Assembly (NCBI GenBank): GCA_043750125.1
Contig: JAYVCD010000088.1
Location: 1 to 40,910 of the forward strand
DNA: 40,910 bases
Reading direction: 5' to 3'
Origin: Archangiaceae bacterium
GTDB taxonomy: Bacteria; Myxococcota; Myxococcia; Myxococcales; Myxococcaceae
Numbering within the stretch: the stretch's first letter is position 1; every line of letters starts with the position of its first letter. The notes beneath the pieces are model-generated. The model did no database searches. It was not told the DNA's origin and saw nothing but the letters and a program-made list of their open reading frames with translations. Made by a program: the position numbers and the translations under genes. Below are positions 26,424 through 36,240 of the stretch, one piece after another.

Positions 26424-28604
26424 TTACTGAGTGGGGGGCCTGGTCACCACCGGCCCGCCGAGCGTCTCTTCGCGGTGGTCATGTCCCGGCCCGCCAAAAG
26501 TCCCCACCCACGGCTCGGACAGCGCCGGAGAAATGGAGGGCAAGGCGATGCTGTGAAACGCCGCGCTGCTGCCGGCAAACGGAGGGTCGCACTTCCCGCA
26601 CGCGTCGCTGCCTTCCATCAGCGCCAGTGAGCCTTCGGCCACTTCAAACAGCTGCGGCTCGGTGCGGGAGCTCATCGCGACATCGCAGGTGAAGGCCTCA
26701 CTGCCGTCGCGCACCACGATCGCGTGCAGCTGGGTCTGGCCGCTTTTTCGGGTGAAGGTGAGCGCCACGGTGGTCGGACCTTTTCGGGTGGCCCACGAGG
26801 CGAGCCGCAGCTGGTCGCTGCCGAACGTCTGCCCCGGCAGCAACAGGTGCTTCCACCGGGTGCTGGGGGTACCGGACTCATAGCCATTGAGGCTGCTCGA
26901 GCCGGTGAGCGGGGCGACCACGGTGCGTTCCCTCGAGACCACCGCCCGCCCGAAGTGCTCGTTGAGGGTGAAGGACGGTTGGCCCGACGAGGTGAGGACC
27001 GCGTTGGCGCTGTTTTCCGGGTAGAGCAGCCCGCGCGCGACGGCGAGCTCGCCACCGACGAGGGAAAAGTCGGTGAACTTCCAGCGGAAGATGCCATCGC
27101 GGGTAAAGCTCATCACCACCGTGGGAGTGCCGGGCACCAGCGGGGCCGGGCTGGTAATCGTCGGAGAGAAGCCGATGAAGAGGTCTCCCAGCGAGTCGGC
27201 GCCAAAACCGTACGGGTGGGGGTGGTTGCAGACCCCGAGCACCGGGTCGTTGACCTGCTGCGCAGTCACCAGCTTGCCGCTGGCGTCGAGCACCACCAGA
27301 AAATACAGGCGGCAGTTGGTCGGCTTGCTCGGCTCGGGGCTGCTCGGGTACGCCTCGAAGAGGGCGGCCAGGCGGTCGCTTCCCTGGACTGCCATTCGCG
27401 CCATGAACAGCGAAGAGGTGAGCGCCAGAAAATCAGGCCGGGCCGTGTGGAGGTCGAAAGTCCACAGCAGCTCTCCGGTGGAAAGGTCGATCGCGCTGAC
27501 TTTCCCGTTCACCGAGGCGGGGTAGTCGGCGCAGATCATCCGCCCGTTCCACAGCATGCAGCGGCGGGCGGCACCCAGCGGTGCTTCCTTCGCCCCGGGG
27601 GTATTGGCCCTCAGGTGGGGAGGGGTGAAAAAAAAGCCGGAGAGTGAGACTGAGCCATTGGGCTCCAGCACCAGGTCGTGAAGCTGCGGCTGGGCGTGGC
27701 CCATTCCGGCGTCGACCGTGCTCGAGTCGTAATTCCAATTTGGGACCAGGGCAGTCGCCTGCGGGCGGACACAGACATCTGCCACACAGACGCCCTCGGG
27801 CTGGCAAGGCGAGGCTTGGGCGCAGATGTAGCCATCGGGAGGGTCTCGCACCACGCAAGCCCCGGAGATGCACACCTGGGCGGCCTGGCAGGTCTGCATC
27901 GGGCCGCACGACGTTCCCTCATCGGCGTCTTCGAAACCACAGCCGGTGGAGGGGCTGCAGACCCCCACCTGGCATTTGCCATCGCCCGGGCAGGGAGGCG
28001 CGGGCAGGTGCTCACACCCAATCACCGCGTTGCAGGTGTCGAGGGTGCATTTGTCGAGGTCATCGCAGCTCTTTTCGTCCCCCACGCAGCGGCCGTCCTG
28101 GCAGGTGGCGTTCATAAGGCAAACGTTGCTCCGGTCGCAAGAAGTGCCGTTCACCGAGGGGTGCTCGACGCAGTGCAGCAACTGGAGGTCGAAGGTGGCC
28201 TCGAGGCAATCGGCCGACGCCGGGCAAGCCGGAGTGGGCCGGGCCTGACCCACCAGCGCCACCATCTGGTCGGCTTGACCATCGACTTCGAGCTTGATCT
28301 TCGAGAGGAACTGCCCGGTCTGGGTGGGAAGGAAGGTGACTGAGAGCTCGATTTCACCCGTGGTGGCGCTGGATGGAAGCGCGCTGACCACGAAGGGAGC
28401 GTCCGGGCCCGTCCACTTCAGCGCAACGCTCGCGCGCCCATCGTTCGCCAACCGGAAGGTCTGCGGGGGCAACCGCTGGGCGGGGTAGACCTCGCCGAAG
28501 TCCAGGGTCAGCGGAGAGAGGTGCACCGCGCCCACCGCGCTGTTGAGGCCCGGCTGGCGGCAACCCGCAAGCACGAGGACTGTCGTCAGGATGAGACTGC
28601 GCAT
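26424..28604 (-). CDS. Cys-rich lipoprotein (Ig-like domain, Cys-rich repeats, C-terminal propeller-like region)
   Basis: Lipobox VLAGC; LDFGEV...LANDG Ig-like segment; repeated C-x-C motifs (CDDLDKCTLDTC); GGAG-like RBS (GGAGGG) upstream. Confidence 0.75.
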   Translation of the reverse strand: MRSLILTTVLVLAGCRQPGLNSAVGAVHLSPLTLDFGEVYPAQRLPPQTFRLANDGRASVALKWTGPDAPFVVSALPSSATTGEIELSVTFLPTQTGQFLSKIKLEVDGQADQMVALVGQARPTPACPASADCLEATFDLQLLHCVEHPSVNGTSCDRSNVCLMNATCQDGRCVGDEKSCDDLDKCTLDTCNAVIGCEHLPAPPCPGDGKCQVGVCSPSTGCGFEDADEGTSCGPMQTCQAAQVCISGACVVRDPPDGYICAQASPCQPEGVCVADVCVRPQATALVPNWNYDSSTVDAGMGHAQPQLHDLVLEPNGSVSLSGFFFTPPHLRANTPGAKEAPLGAARRCMLWNGRMICADYPASVNGKVSAIDLSTGELLWTFDLHTARPDFLALTSSLFMARMAVQGSDRLAALFEAYPSSPEPSKPTNCRLYFLVVLDASGKLVTAQQVNDPVLGVCNHPHPYGFGADSLGDLFIGFSPTITSPAPLVPGTPTVVMSFTRDGIFRWKFTDFSLVGGELAVARGLLYPENSANAVLTSSGQPSFTLNEHFGRAVVSRERTVVAPLTGSSSLNGYESGTPSTRWKHLLLPGQTFGSDQLRLASWATRKGPTTVALTFTRKSGQTQLHAIVVRDGSEAFTCDVAMSSRTEPQLFEVAEGSLALMEGSDACGKCDPPFAGSSAAFHSIALPSISPALSEPWVGTFGGPGHDHREETLGGPVVTRPPTQ

Positions 28605-28766
28605 CCACCCTCCGTGCCGCGTCCGCGTGAAATTCTGTCACCCTTCGGTGTAGGCGCTCCAGTAATGCCAGAAGCGTGCTTCAGAATTTCTACAGGGACG
28701 AGTCGAGCGGGTGACGTTCATTTGGGCGCCACGAATGTTCGAGCGCCACTCTGCTGTCGGCTACTG

Positions 28767-28974
28767 TCATAAAGAGTCTTATTTGATAGTCGTAGAAGCA
28801 GGGTCGAAGAAGTTGGGGAGAACCCAAAAAGCCGATGGGTGATGAAGGGTTGCCCAAAAGGACGCTGTGGAGAAAAGGCTGGGTATTCCACTGCTGCACA
28901 CACCCGCGGTGGGTGAGCGATGGGTTCCCACACCACCGACGCGCAACCCCGCATCTTTCCACAGTCAATTCACA
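28767..28974. other. Candidate oriC core: AT-rich tract, DnaA-trios and cluster of degenerate DnaA boxes
   Basis: TCATAAAGAGTCTTATTTGA then TAG-TCG-TAG-AAG-CAG (28787-28801), then TGGGGAGAA (28814), TGTGGAGAA (28866), CTTTCCACA (28955), CAATTCACA (28966). Confidence 0.6.
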
Positions 28975-29002
28975 GCTGCGTTTGCTAGCCTGCGCAGCCT
29001 GA

Positions 29003-30736
29003 ATGGCGCGGGCCACTGCCGATGTGCCGATGGGTGAGGACCTCTATCGGGGGAGGAAAATCGGCAAATACGAGATCCTGACCCAACTGACCTCGGGAGG
29101 AATGGCCGAGCTCTTCCTCGGCTACACCGCCGGCCCGGGTGGATTTCGAAAGTACGTGGTGGTGAAGCGGATTCTCCCCGACGCGAAGGACAATGAGCAG
29201 TTCGTGAAGATGTTCCTCGATGAGGCGCGGATTACCGCGGCCTTCAACCACCCCAACATCGGGCAGGTGTTCGACCTGGGTGAGGACGGAGAAGGCCTGT
29301 ACCTCGCGATGGAGTTCATCGCGGGGCAGAACCTGAACCAGGTGACCGGGGCTTGCGCGAAGAAGCGGGCGGTGCTGCCGATTGGACTGTCTGCGTCGGT
29401 GGTCCACGACCTCGCCCTTGCGCTGCACTACGCGCACACTTTCAGGGATCCTGCAGGCAAGGCGTTCCCCGTCATTCACCGCGACGTGGCGCAGAAGAAC
29501 GTGATGCTCACCTACGGCGGGATGGTGAAGCTGCTCGACTTCGGAATCGCCAAGGCGAGGGGAAGCCTGGGGCGCACCAATGCCGGAACGGTGAAGGGCA
29601 CCACCGGGTACATGTCGCCTGAGCAGGTTCGCGGCGAAGAGCTCGATGGGCGCAGCGACGTCTTCTCGGTGGGAGTGGTGCTGTGGGAAATGATCACCGG
29701 CCGAAGGCTCTTCTCGGGCGATACCGAGATCGACGAGATGAAGCAGATTCTCTCCGCGCCCATCGCGGCCCCGTCCGAGCTGGTTCCGGTGATTCCCGAT
29801 ACGCTTTCGGACATCACGTTGCGCGCGCTGTCCCGCGAGCGCTCGGACCGCTTTCCGACCGCGAAAGATTTCGCGCGCGCGATGCAGCTGGCCTGCCCCG
29901 AGCTGTTGTTTGATCAAGATCAACGCGCGACCTTCATGACCGAGATGTTCGAAGAGAAGGTCGTCGCGACCCAGGCGCTGCTCGAGTCGGCGGGCGGCGA
30001 GATGGAAAAATCGGCGGTGCTCAACGCGGTCAGCCTGCTTCGCGACGACGCCAGCTTCCCCGAGACGGAAGCCCGCCCGGCGCCCAGGCTTCGCAAGCGC
30101 GCGACGCACGTGCCGCCCAGGCGCAAGGTGACCCACAGCGAGCTCGAGCAGAAAGTCGCCGAGCAGGCGGTCGCGATTGCCCTGCTGGCGGGGCCGGAGC
30201 AACCAAGGGTCCCGAAGACCAACCCCGATGGGCTCGCGCCCCACGAGGACTCGAAGAGCCAGCTGAAGGGAAACCTGGTGCTGCTGCTGATTGCGGTGCT
30301 GACCGCTCTGGGGGGCGTCGCGGTCTACCGGTACATCTGGAATGCCTCGGATTCGGGCGGTGAGGCGACGGCGTACAACGCCAATGCGCCGGTGCCGGGG
30401 ATGCTGGACCCCACTCCCATCAGACCGCCTCCGGGTTTCGGGGGCGGTCCTCCTCAGCCCGATGAGCCCCGCACCGCGGCGGCCGAGCCTGCGCCGAAGC
30501 CCACGGCCCGACCGTCGGGCACCGTCACCCTCGCCATCTTTCCCGAGGCGCTCGTCTCGCGGGGGAAGACAACGCTGGGGAAAACGCCCCTGTTCAACGT
30601 GAGCCTTCCGGCAGGAACGCACCTGCTGACGGTGGTGGGCGAGGACAAGGTCAAGCGGGGCCTGTCGGTGCAGGTTCAGGCCGGGAAAAATTCGATCTTC
30701 AAGCTCGGTCTGGAAGACATTCCACCCGCGAAGTAG
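29003..30736 (+). CDS. Membrane Hanks-type protein kinase with atypical catalytic loop (HRDVAQKN, DspB-like) and PEGA-like C-terminus
   Basis: LTSGGMAELF, VVVKRI, HRDVAQKN, DFGIAK, GTTGYMSPEQ; TM LVLLLIAVLTALGGVAVY; LGKTPL..LPAGTH. Start may be ATG 29030. Confidence 0.9.
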   Translation: MARATADVPMGEDLYRGRKIGKYEILTQLTSGGMAELFLGYTAGPGGFRKYVVVKRILPDAKDNEQFVKMFLDEARITAAFNHPNIGQVFDLGEDGEGLYLAMEFIAGQNLNQVTGACAKKRAVLPIGLSASVVHDLALALHYAHTFRDPAGKAFPVIHRDVAQKNVMLTYGGMVKLLDFGIAKARGSLGRTNAGTVKGTTGYMSPEQVRGEELDGRSDVFSVGVVLWEMITGRRLFSGDTEIDEMKQILSAPIAAPSELVPVIPDTLSDITLRALSRERSDRFPTAKDFARAMQLACPELLFDQDQRATFMTEMFEEKVVATQALLESAGGEMEKSAVLNAVSLLRDDASFPETEARPAPRLRKRATHVPPRRKVTHSELEQKVAEQAVAIALLAGPEQPRVPKTNPDGLAPHEDSKSQLKGNLVLLLIAVLTALGGVAVYRYIWNASDSGGEATAYNANAPVPGMLDPTPIRPPPGFGGGPPQPDEPRTAAAEPAPKPTARPSGTVTLAIFPEALVSRGKTTLGKTPLFNVSLPAGTHLLTVVGEDKVKRGLSVQVQAGKNSIFKLGLEDIPPAK

Positions 30737-30752
30737 CGCGCTGCGGCCCGCT

Positions 30753-32075
30753 CTAGACCACGCCCAGCCGCGAGGTCAGCTCGGTCAGCTGGTGACGAAG
30801 CTGCTCGTCGACTTCGCGTTGGGCTTCAATCTTTCTCACCGAGGACATCACGGTCGAGTGGTCTTTGTTGAAGCTGTTGCCGATCGCCGGGAACGAGGCG
30901 TGGGTCAGCGTGCGCAGCAGGTACATCGCGACCTGGCGGGCGAAGGCGATGTTCTTCGTTCGTCGCTCGCCCTTGAGCTCGAGCAGCGGAATCTTGAAGA
31001 AGCGGGCCACTTCGCCCTGAATCGCGTCGGCATCGAGCTGCTTTTGCGCCGGAAGAATGTCTTTGAGCACCTGGGCGGCAAACTCTTCGGTGATCGCCTG
31101 CCCGGTGAGCGAGTGCACCGCAGAAATCTTGATCAGCGCGCCCTCGAGCTCTCGGACGTTGCGCACCACGTGACGGCCGATGAAGTGGGCGACGTTGTCC
31201 GGGAGCAGAAAACCGTCGGAAGCGGCTTTCTTCTTCAAAATCGCCACCCGCATCTCGAAGTTGGGTTCCTGAACGTCGGTAATCAGCCCCATCGTGAAGC
31301 GGCTGCGCAGCCGTTCTTCCAGCCCGGGGATGTCGGCGGGCACCATGTCGGAGGTGAGGACGATCGCCTTCGACATCTGGTGGAGCGAGTTGAAGGTATA
31401 GAAAAATTCGTTCTGGGTTTCCTGCTTCTTTCCCAGGAACTGAATGTCGTCGATCAGCAGCACATCGCACTCGTCCCGGAATTTCTTTCGGAACTCGGTC
31501 ATCCGGTGGTCGCGGACGCTCTCGATGAACTGGTTGGTGAACTCTTCACTCGACAGATAGACGATGCGCGTCTTCGGGTCTTTCTGGAGGATCCGGTTGC
31601 CGACCGCGTGCAGCAGGTGGGTCTTCCCCAGCCCGGTGCCCCCGTAGATGAACAGCGGGTTGTAGTTCTTGCCCGGGGCGTCCGAGACGGCCATCGCCGC
31701 GGCCGCGGGCAGCTGGTTCGAGTCGGCGACCACGTAGGTTTCGAAGGTGAAGCGCTCATAGAGCCGCGCGGGCTGGCGGATCTGGTTGACTGCGGGTGTG
31801 GGTGTGGCGGGGGTCTGACTGCGCGCCCGTTCGATGATTTCGTACCGCAGCGCCGGGCTGTGTCCGGTGAGGCGGAGCACCGTTTCCTTGATCATCTGGC
31901 AGTAGTGGTCGTCGACCCAATCGCGGAAGAAGCGATCGCCCACGCCCAGCACCAGCTCAGCGTCGGTGAACTCCAACGCGGTCAGTTCCCGCAGCTGCGA
32001 CGCGGCATAGGCATGCCCGTCGGTGCGCAGGGTTTCGAGTAGATTGTCCCAAAGGTTCTGGGGGGTTGAATTCAT
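30753..32075 (-). CDS. dnaA: Chromosomal replication initiator DnaA
   Basis: FTFETYVV..SN, YNPLFIYGGTGLGKTHLL, LLIDDIQF, RLRSRF, NVRELEGAL, ARQVAMYL, KDHSTV; GAGG RBS before ATG 32075. Confidence 0.96.
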   Translation of the reverse strand: MNSTPQNLWDNLLETLRTDGHAYAASQLRELTALEFTDAELVLGVGDRFFRDWVDDHYCQMIKETVLRLTGHSPALRYEIIERARSQTPATPTPAVNQIRQPARLYERFTFETYVVADSNQLPAAAAMAVSDAPGKNYNPLFIYGGTGLGKTHLLHAVGNRILQKDPKTRIVYLSSEEFTNQFIESVRDHRMTEFRKKFRDECDVLLIDDIQFLGKKQETQNEFFYTFNSLHQMSKAIVLTSDMVPADIPGLEERLRSRFTMGLITDVQEPNFEMRVAILKKKAASDGFLLPDNVAHFIGRHVVRNVRELEGALIKISAVHSLTGQAITEEFAAQVLKDILPAQKQLDADAIQGEVARFFKIPLLELKGERRTKNIAFARQVAMYLLRTLTHASFPAIGNSFNKDHSTVMSSVRKIEAQREVDEQLRHQLTELTSRLGVV

Positions 32076-32229
32076 GCCGGCCTCACAGACGAGATGCGCA
32101 CAGTTCGAGCCCAACCCCGGAATCAGTGAAGAAGCAAAAGGGCGGCATCTCTACCTGCGCGCGGGAAGAGGGATCAAGTACTTTGGTCAACTCCGCGTAA
32201 CCGAAAGCGGTTTTGGAAGGTCGAAAGCT

Positions 32230-32424
32230 TGTGGACAGCCGGGGCCGGAAAGTCGGCGCTGTTTCGCAATCGGGCCCAATGGGATGTTGCTGAAAGTACG
32301 TTTGGCGCAAAGGCCCACCCGGGGAAGAATCGGGAGGTCTGTCCACAGCCGGGCGCTGTCGGGCCGGACGACTTCTCAACATTCCCCACAGGTTTTCCAC
32401 AGCTCGGGGGCGAAGATTTCCACA
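32230..32424. promoter_or_regulatory. Cluster of DnaA-box-like 9-mers in the dnaA-rpmH intergenic region
   Basis: TGTGGACAG (32230), CTGTCCACA (32339), TTCCCCACA (32382), TTTTCCACA (32393), ATTTCCACA (32416) versus consensus TTWTNCACA. Confidence 0.7.
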
Positions 32425-32572
32425 GGACAACCGGTGGTGGGAACCGAGGCTGCGGCCTGATCCACCCGGCTCGGGAAAGAAAGGCGGCGGCGAGCGTTGA
32501 AAGTGGCGCCACAGTCCGCTAAGTGCCGCCGCTTCTCCTGTCAGCCTGACACGTCAGCAAAAGGATCTTCCC

Positions 32573-32728
32573 GTGAAGCGCAAGCCAACTTACCAACCTT
32601 CAAAAATCAAACGGAACCGCGCCCACGGTTTCCGGAAGCGCAATTCCACCAAAGCGGGCCGCGGCATCCTCAAGAAGCGGATGGCGAAGGGCCGCAAGCG
32701 TCTGGTCGTGAAGTCGTACCAGAAGTAG
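32573..32728 (+). CDS. rpmH: 50S ribosomal protein L34 (absent from the ORF track)
   Basis: Manual translation from [62 protein letters not shown]; canonical position. Confidence 0.95.
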   Translation: MKRKPTYQPSKIKRNRAHGFRKRNSTKAGRGILKKRMAKGRKRLVVKSYQK

Positions 32729-33090
32729 TGGTGTCACGCGGCGCCGAGCGCTTTAGAAAAGAGGCCCGGCTTCGGCGGCGCAGCGAGTTCCTGCGGGTGC
32801 AGGACAAAGGGCAGAAGATCACCGCCGATTGTTTGCTGGCGCTGGTACTGCCCAACGCGTCTGGGCAGACCCGCGTGGGCCTGACTGTTTCCAACAAGGT
32901 AGGCAACTCGGTGGTGCGGAACAAAATCCGCCGGCGCCTTCGAGAGCTGTACCGAAAGCGGCAGAAGCTGATGCCGAAAGGAATCGACCTGGTGGTGATT
33001 GCCAGAAATTCCGCCGCCCAGGCGGACTTCGCCGCGATGACCCGCGCTTTCGAGCGCGTCACCGGTGAATTGGTGAGGCGTTTTTCATGA
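32728..33090 (+). CDS. rnpA: Ribonuclease P protein component
   Basis: [40 protein letters not shown]; the true start is after rpmH (GTG 32728 or 32731), not 32497. Confidence 0.93.
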   Translation: MVSRGAERFRKEARLRRRSEFLRVQDKGQKITADCLLALVLPNASGQTRVGLTVSNKVGNSVVRNKIRRRLRELYRKRQKLMPKGIDLVVIARNSAAQADFAAMTRAFERVTGELVRRFS

Positions 33091-33353
33091 CCAACAAATC
33101 CGGGTGGGCGTTCCTCGAGGCGGTCCTGCTCCAGGCGTTGTTGCTGCCGGTGCGGCTGTACCGGGCGGTGTTGTCTCCGGTGATGCCGCCTGCCTGCCGC
33201 TTTCACCCTTCGTGTTCGAAGTACGCGCTCGACGCGCTCACCACCCACGGGCCGCTTCAGGGCAGTTGGCTTGCGGTGCGTCGACTGATGCGCTGTCACC
33301 CGTTTCATCCCGGCGGGCTCGACCCCGTCCCGGCAAGGACTCACCATGGATAA
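33087..33353 (+). CDS. yidD: Membrane protein insertion efficiency factor
   Basis: [37 protein letters not shown]. Confidence 0.95.
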   Translation: MTNKSGWAFLEAVLLQALLLPVRLYRAVLSPVMPPACRFHPSCSKYALDALTTHGPLQGSWLAVRRLMRCHPFHPGGLDPVPARTHHG

Positions 33354-35145
33354 CCAGAAGCGCCTGTTGATTGCGATTGGCCTCTCGCTGGGGTTGACGC
33401 TCGTCTACTCGAAGCTGGTGTGGGAACCGCAGGCCTCGAAGGAACGGCAGGTCGCCGAAGAAGCTGCGCTGCTGGCCGACGCCGGCAGCCCTTTTCTCGC
33501 GGTCGGGTCGGCCGACGCGGGCAGTCCGATGGCGGTGGGGCCCGCGATCGACAACAAGGCCAACGACGTGCTGCCGGTGCGCGAGCTGACCTTCGCGCGC
33601 GATTCGGCCCGCTATACCTTCTCGACCGAGGGAGCGGGCCTGGCCCACGCGCTGCTGTTGGGGAAGAAGGAACGCGAGCAGCAGGAAGTGAGCATCGGAG
33701 AAGGGTTCAAGAAGCTGCTCGGAGGCGCCGCCGAGATCCCTCCCCAGATGGACATGGCGCGCCCGGTTGATGGGCATCCGATGCCTTTTGCCGTTTCGCT
33801 GGTGGGCAGCGCGTCGGTTCCAGGCACGGCGCGGTACGCGGTGGTCGAAGAGTCGAACGGGCGGGTCGTCTTCAAGACCACCCAGGGGCCGTGGGAAATC
33901 GAGAAGACCTTCACCTGGAAAAAGGAAGGCTACGAGCTGGCGATGCAGGTGGTGGTGAAGAACCTCGGTTCCACGCCCTTGTCGGCTGAGCTGGGGGTCC
34001 ACTCGGCCCGCGCGATTGATCCGAGCCACGAGGTGGCTCCGAGCATGTTCGGCGGCGTCGGAAATCAGTCGAACGCCACCTGCCTGGTCGAAGACAAAGT
34101 GCACCGGAAGATGCCGTCGAAGGACCCAGCCGAGGAATTCAAGGGCACGGTGCGGTACTCGGGCATCGACCAGCAGTACTTTCTGGCTTCGGTCTTTCCC
34201 TCGGGTGGGGCGCTGGTCGGCCGCTGCGTGCTGACCTCGAACGCCACCGCGCGCATCGCGGACACCTACTTCCCCATCACCGTCGCCGCGGGCGAGAAGA
34301 CCACGCTGCAGTTTGGCGGGTTCCTCGGGCCCAAAGACTTCGAGATGCTCAGCGCGACTCCGACCTTGAGTGCGGGCGGGGGCAATGGAGCGGTCGTCGC
34401 CCAGTACAGCCCGGGCCTCGAGAAGGCGGTCGACTTCGGTTGGTGGGCGGTGATCTGCAAGGTGCTGCTGACGGTGTTGAAGTTCTTCCACGGTCTGACC
34501 GGAAACTGGGGCGTCTCGATCATCTTGCTGACGGTCGGGGTCAAGCTGCTGCTGCTCCCGTTGACCCACAAGGCGATGGTCAGCGCGGAGTCGATGAAGA
34601 AGCTCCAGCCGCAGATGGAAGCGATGAAGAAGAAGTTCCCCGACGACAAAGAACGCCAGAACGTCGAGATGATGAAGATGTACCAGGAGCAGAAGGTGAA
34701 CCCCCTCGGGGGCTGTCTGCCGCTGCTGCTGCAGCTGCCGGTGTGGGCCGCGTTGTTCACCACGCTGCGCACCAGCTACGAGCTGTACAGCGAGCCGTTC
34801 TTCGGCCCGGTGTGGACGGACCTGACCTACAAAGATCCGACGTACATCCTCCCGCTCGCGCTGGGGATCACGATGATCATCACCCAGCGACTGCAGCCGC
34901 AGATGATGGACGCGACCCAGGCGAAGGTCATGACCTGGTTCATGCCGATCTTCTTTACGGCGATCATGATGAACTACCCGGCCGGGCTGGCGCTCTACAT
35001 CTTCACCAACAACTTGTTGTCGATCGGGCAGCAGGCGGCGTTGAAGCGATACCTGGCGCGGAAGAAGGGCGATGGGGGCAAGTTTCCTGCGCCGACCGAC
35101 CGACCAGACAAAACCAAGAAGTTGCAGCCGGCCACCAAGGCCTGA
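33346..35145 (+). CDS. yidC: Membrane protein insertase YidC
   Basis: [11 protein letters not shown] anchor; [43 protein letters not shown]. Confidence 0.96.
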   Translation: MDNQKRLLIAIGLSLGLTLVYSKLVWEPQASKERQVAEEAALLADAGSPFLAVGSADAGSPMAVGPAIDNKANDVLPVRELTFARDSARYTFSTEGAGLAHALLLGKKEREQQEVSIGEGFKKLLGGAAEIPPQMDMARPVDGHPMPFAVSLVGSASVPGTARYAVVEESNGRVVFKTTQGPWEIEKTFTWKKEGYELAMQVVVKNLGSTPLSAELGVHSARAIDPSHEVAPSMFGGVGNQSNATCLVEDKVHRKMPSKDPAEEFKGTVRYSGIDQQYFLASVFPSGGALVGRCVLTSNATARIADTYFPITVAAGEKTTLQFGGFLGPKDFEMLSATPTLSAGGGNGAVVAQYSPGLEKAVDFGWWAVICKVLLTVLKFFHGLTGNWGVSIILLTVGVKLLLLPLTHKAMVSAESMKKLQPQMEAMKKKFPDDKERQNVEMMKMYQEQKVNPLGGCLPLLLQLPVWAALFTTLRTSYELYSEPFFGPVWTDLTYKDPTYILPLALGITMIITQRLQPQMMDATQAKVMTWFMPIFFTAIMMNYPAGLALYIFTNNLLSIGQQAALKRYLARKKGDGGKFPAPTDRPDKTKKLQPATKA

Positions 35146-35175
35146 ACTGTGCCGGCCTGACGGTCGGCAAGAGGG

Positions 35176-35910
35176 GTGGTTGTGGAAAAACAACAGCAGG
35201 TCGAGAAGCTGCTCGGCGACATTCTGAAGTTGATGGAGTTTCCGGCGCGACTCGATTTCAAAGACGGAGCCGATGGGAGCCTGGCGGTGGCGATGCACTT
35301 CGTCGGCGAGGTGCCTCAAGGCATCACCGCGGGCAAGAATAGCTTCCTCGTCGATTCGCTGCAGTTTCTGCTCAACAAGTGCATCAACCGGCCGAACACC
35401 GAGCGGCGCTGGGTGACTTTGGGCGTCGGGGGATTTCCTGAGCCGCGCGGGAATCGACTTCCAGGTCCTCCTCCCGAGGCGAGCGCGCCCTCGGCCGCGC
35501 CCAGCAGTCTGGCGGCCGCCAGCGCTCCTTCCGCCGCCCCGAACGGGCGACCTGCGCGGGCTGCTCCGGCCGCCCGGCCTGCGGCCCGAAGCGCGCCGCA
35601 ACGTCCGTCGCGGCCGGCCGAAGTGGACGAGTCGAAGCTCGAAGTGGCCGCCGACCCCCTGCTTGCGGCTTTGGGCAAGTCGTTTGCTGAAAAGTCGGCG
35701 AAGCTCGGCCGGGTCTATGCGGTCGCGATGATGTGCGTCGAGGACCGGGCCCGCCTTCTTCAGTCCGCGAAGCTGGTTCCGGGAATGACCGCCAAGGTGG
35801 AAGGCGAGAGTCACTTCCGGCGGCTGACCTTTGTTCCCGACAAGCCGACCGCGATGCCGAAACGGCACGCGATGGCGGTGTACCCCGATGATGAAGAAGA
35901 GGGAGACTGA
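35176..35910 (+). CDS. Degenerate Jag/KhpB(EloR)-like protein (KH-like plus R3H-like)
   Basis: Canonical jag position after yidC; VDSLQFLLN (KH helix); M..EDR..L and EGESHFRRLTFVP (R3H-like end); Pro/Ala linker. Confidence 0.65.
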   Translation: MVVEKQQQVEKLLGDILKLMEFPARLDFKDGADGSLAVAMHFVGEVPQGITAGKNSFLVDSLQFLLNKCINRPNTERRWVTLGVGGFPEPRGNRLPGPPPEASAPSAAPSSLAAASAPSAAPNGRPARAAPAARPAARSAPQRPSRPAEVDESKLEVAADPLLAALGKSFAEKSAKLGRVYAVAMMCVEDRARLLQSAKLVPGMTAKVEGESHFRRLTFVPDKPTAMPKRHAMAVYPDDEEEGD

Positions 35911-35915
35911 CGAAC

Positions 35916-36143
35916 GTGGGTAAGGCGAAGTCACTCAAGGACAAGCTGTGGGGCGCCGCGGTGCTCAAGAGCAGCTTCGCGCTTCGCGATGGGCTCGAGT
36001 CACCGGCCTTTCGCAGCATCTACCCCGGTGTGCTGCGGGACCTGGGCGTTGAAGACGCAGCGGTCGATGCGTACATCGATGCCAACCGCGAGGCCGTCGA
36101 AAAGGCGGCGAAGGGCAGCGTCGGCGATACGTCGGGCGAGTAG
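35916..36143 (+). CDS. Small hypothetical protein (75 aa)
   Basis: GTG start with GGAG upstream, GC3-rich codons, fills the gap in the operon. Confidence 0.6.
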   Translation: MGKAKSLKDKLWGAAVLKSSFALRDGLESPAFRSIYPGVLRDLGVEDAAVDAYIDANREAVEKAAKGSVGDTSGE

Positions 36144-36240
36144 CTTTTCTGGTGCGCGGGCAACGGCAGTGGTGGGGCTTCGCGCCGCCGGCCGAAAGCG
36201 CCCTTGAGTCTTCAGGGCTTCGCAAGTTCCGGCGGTACGC

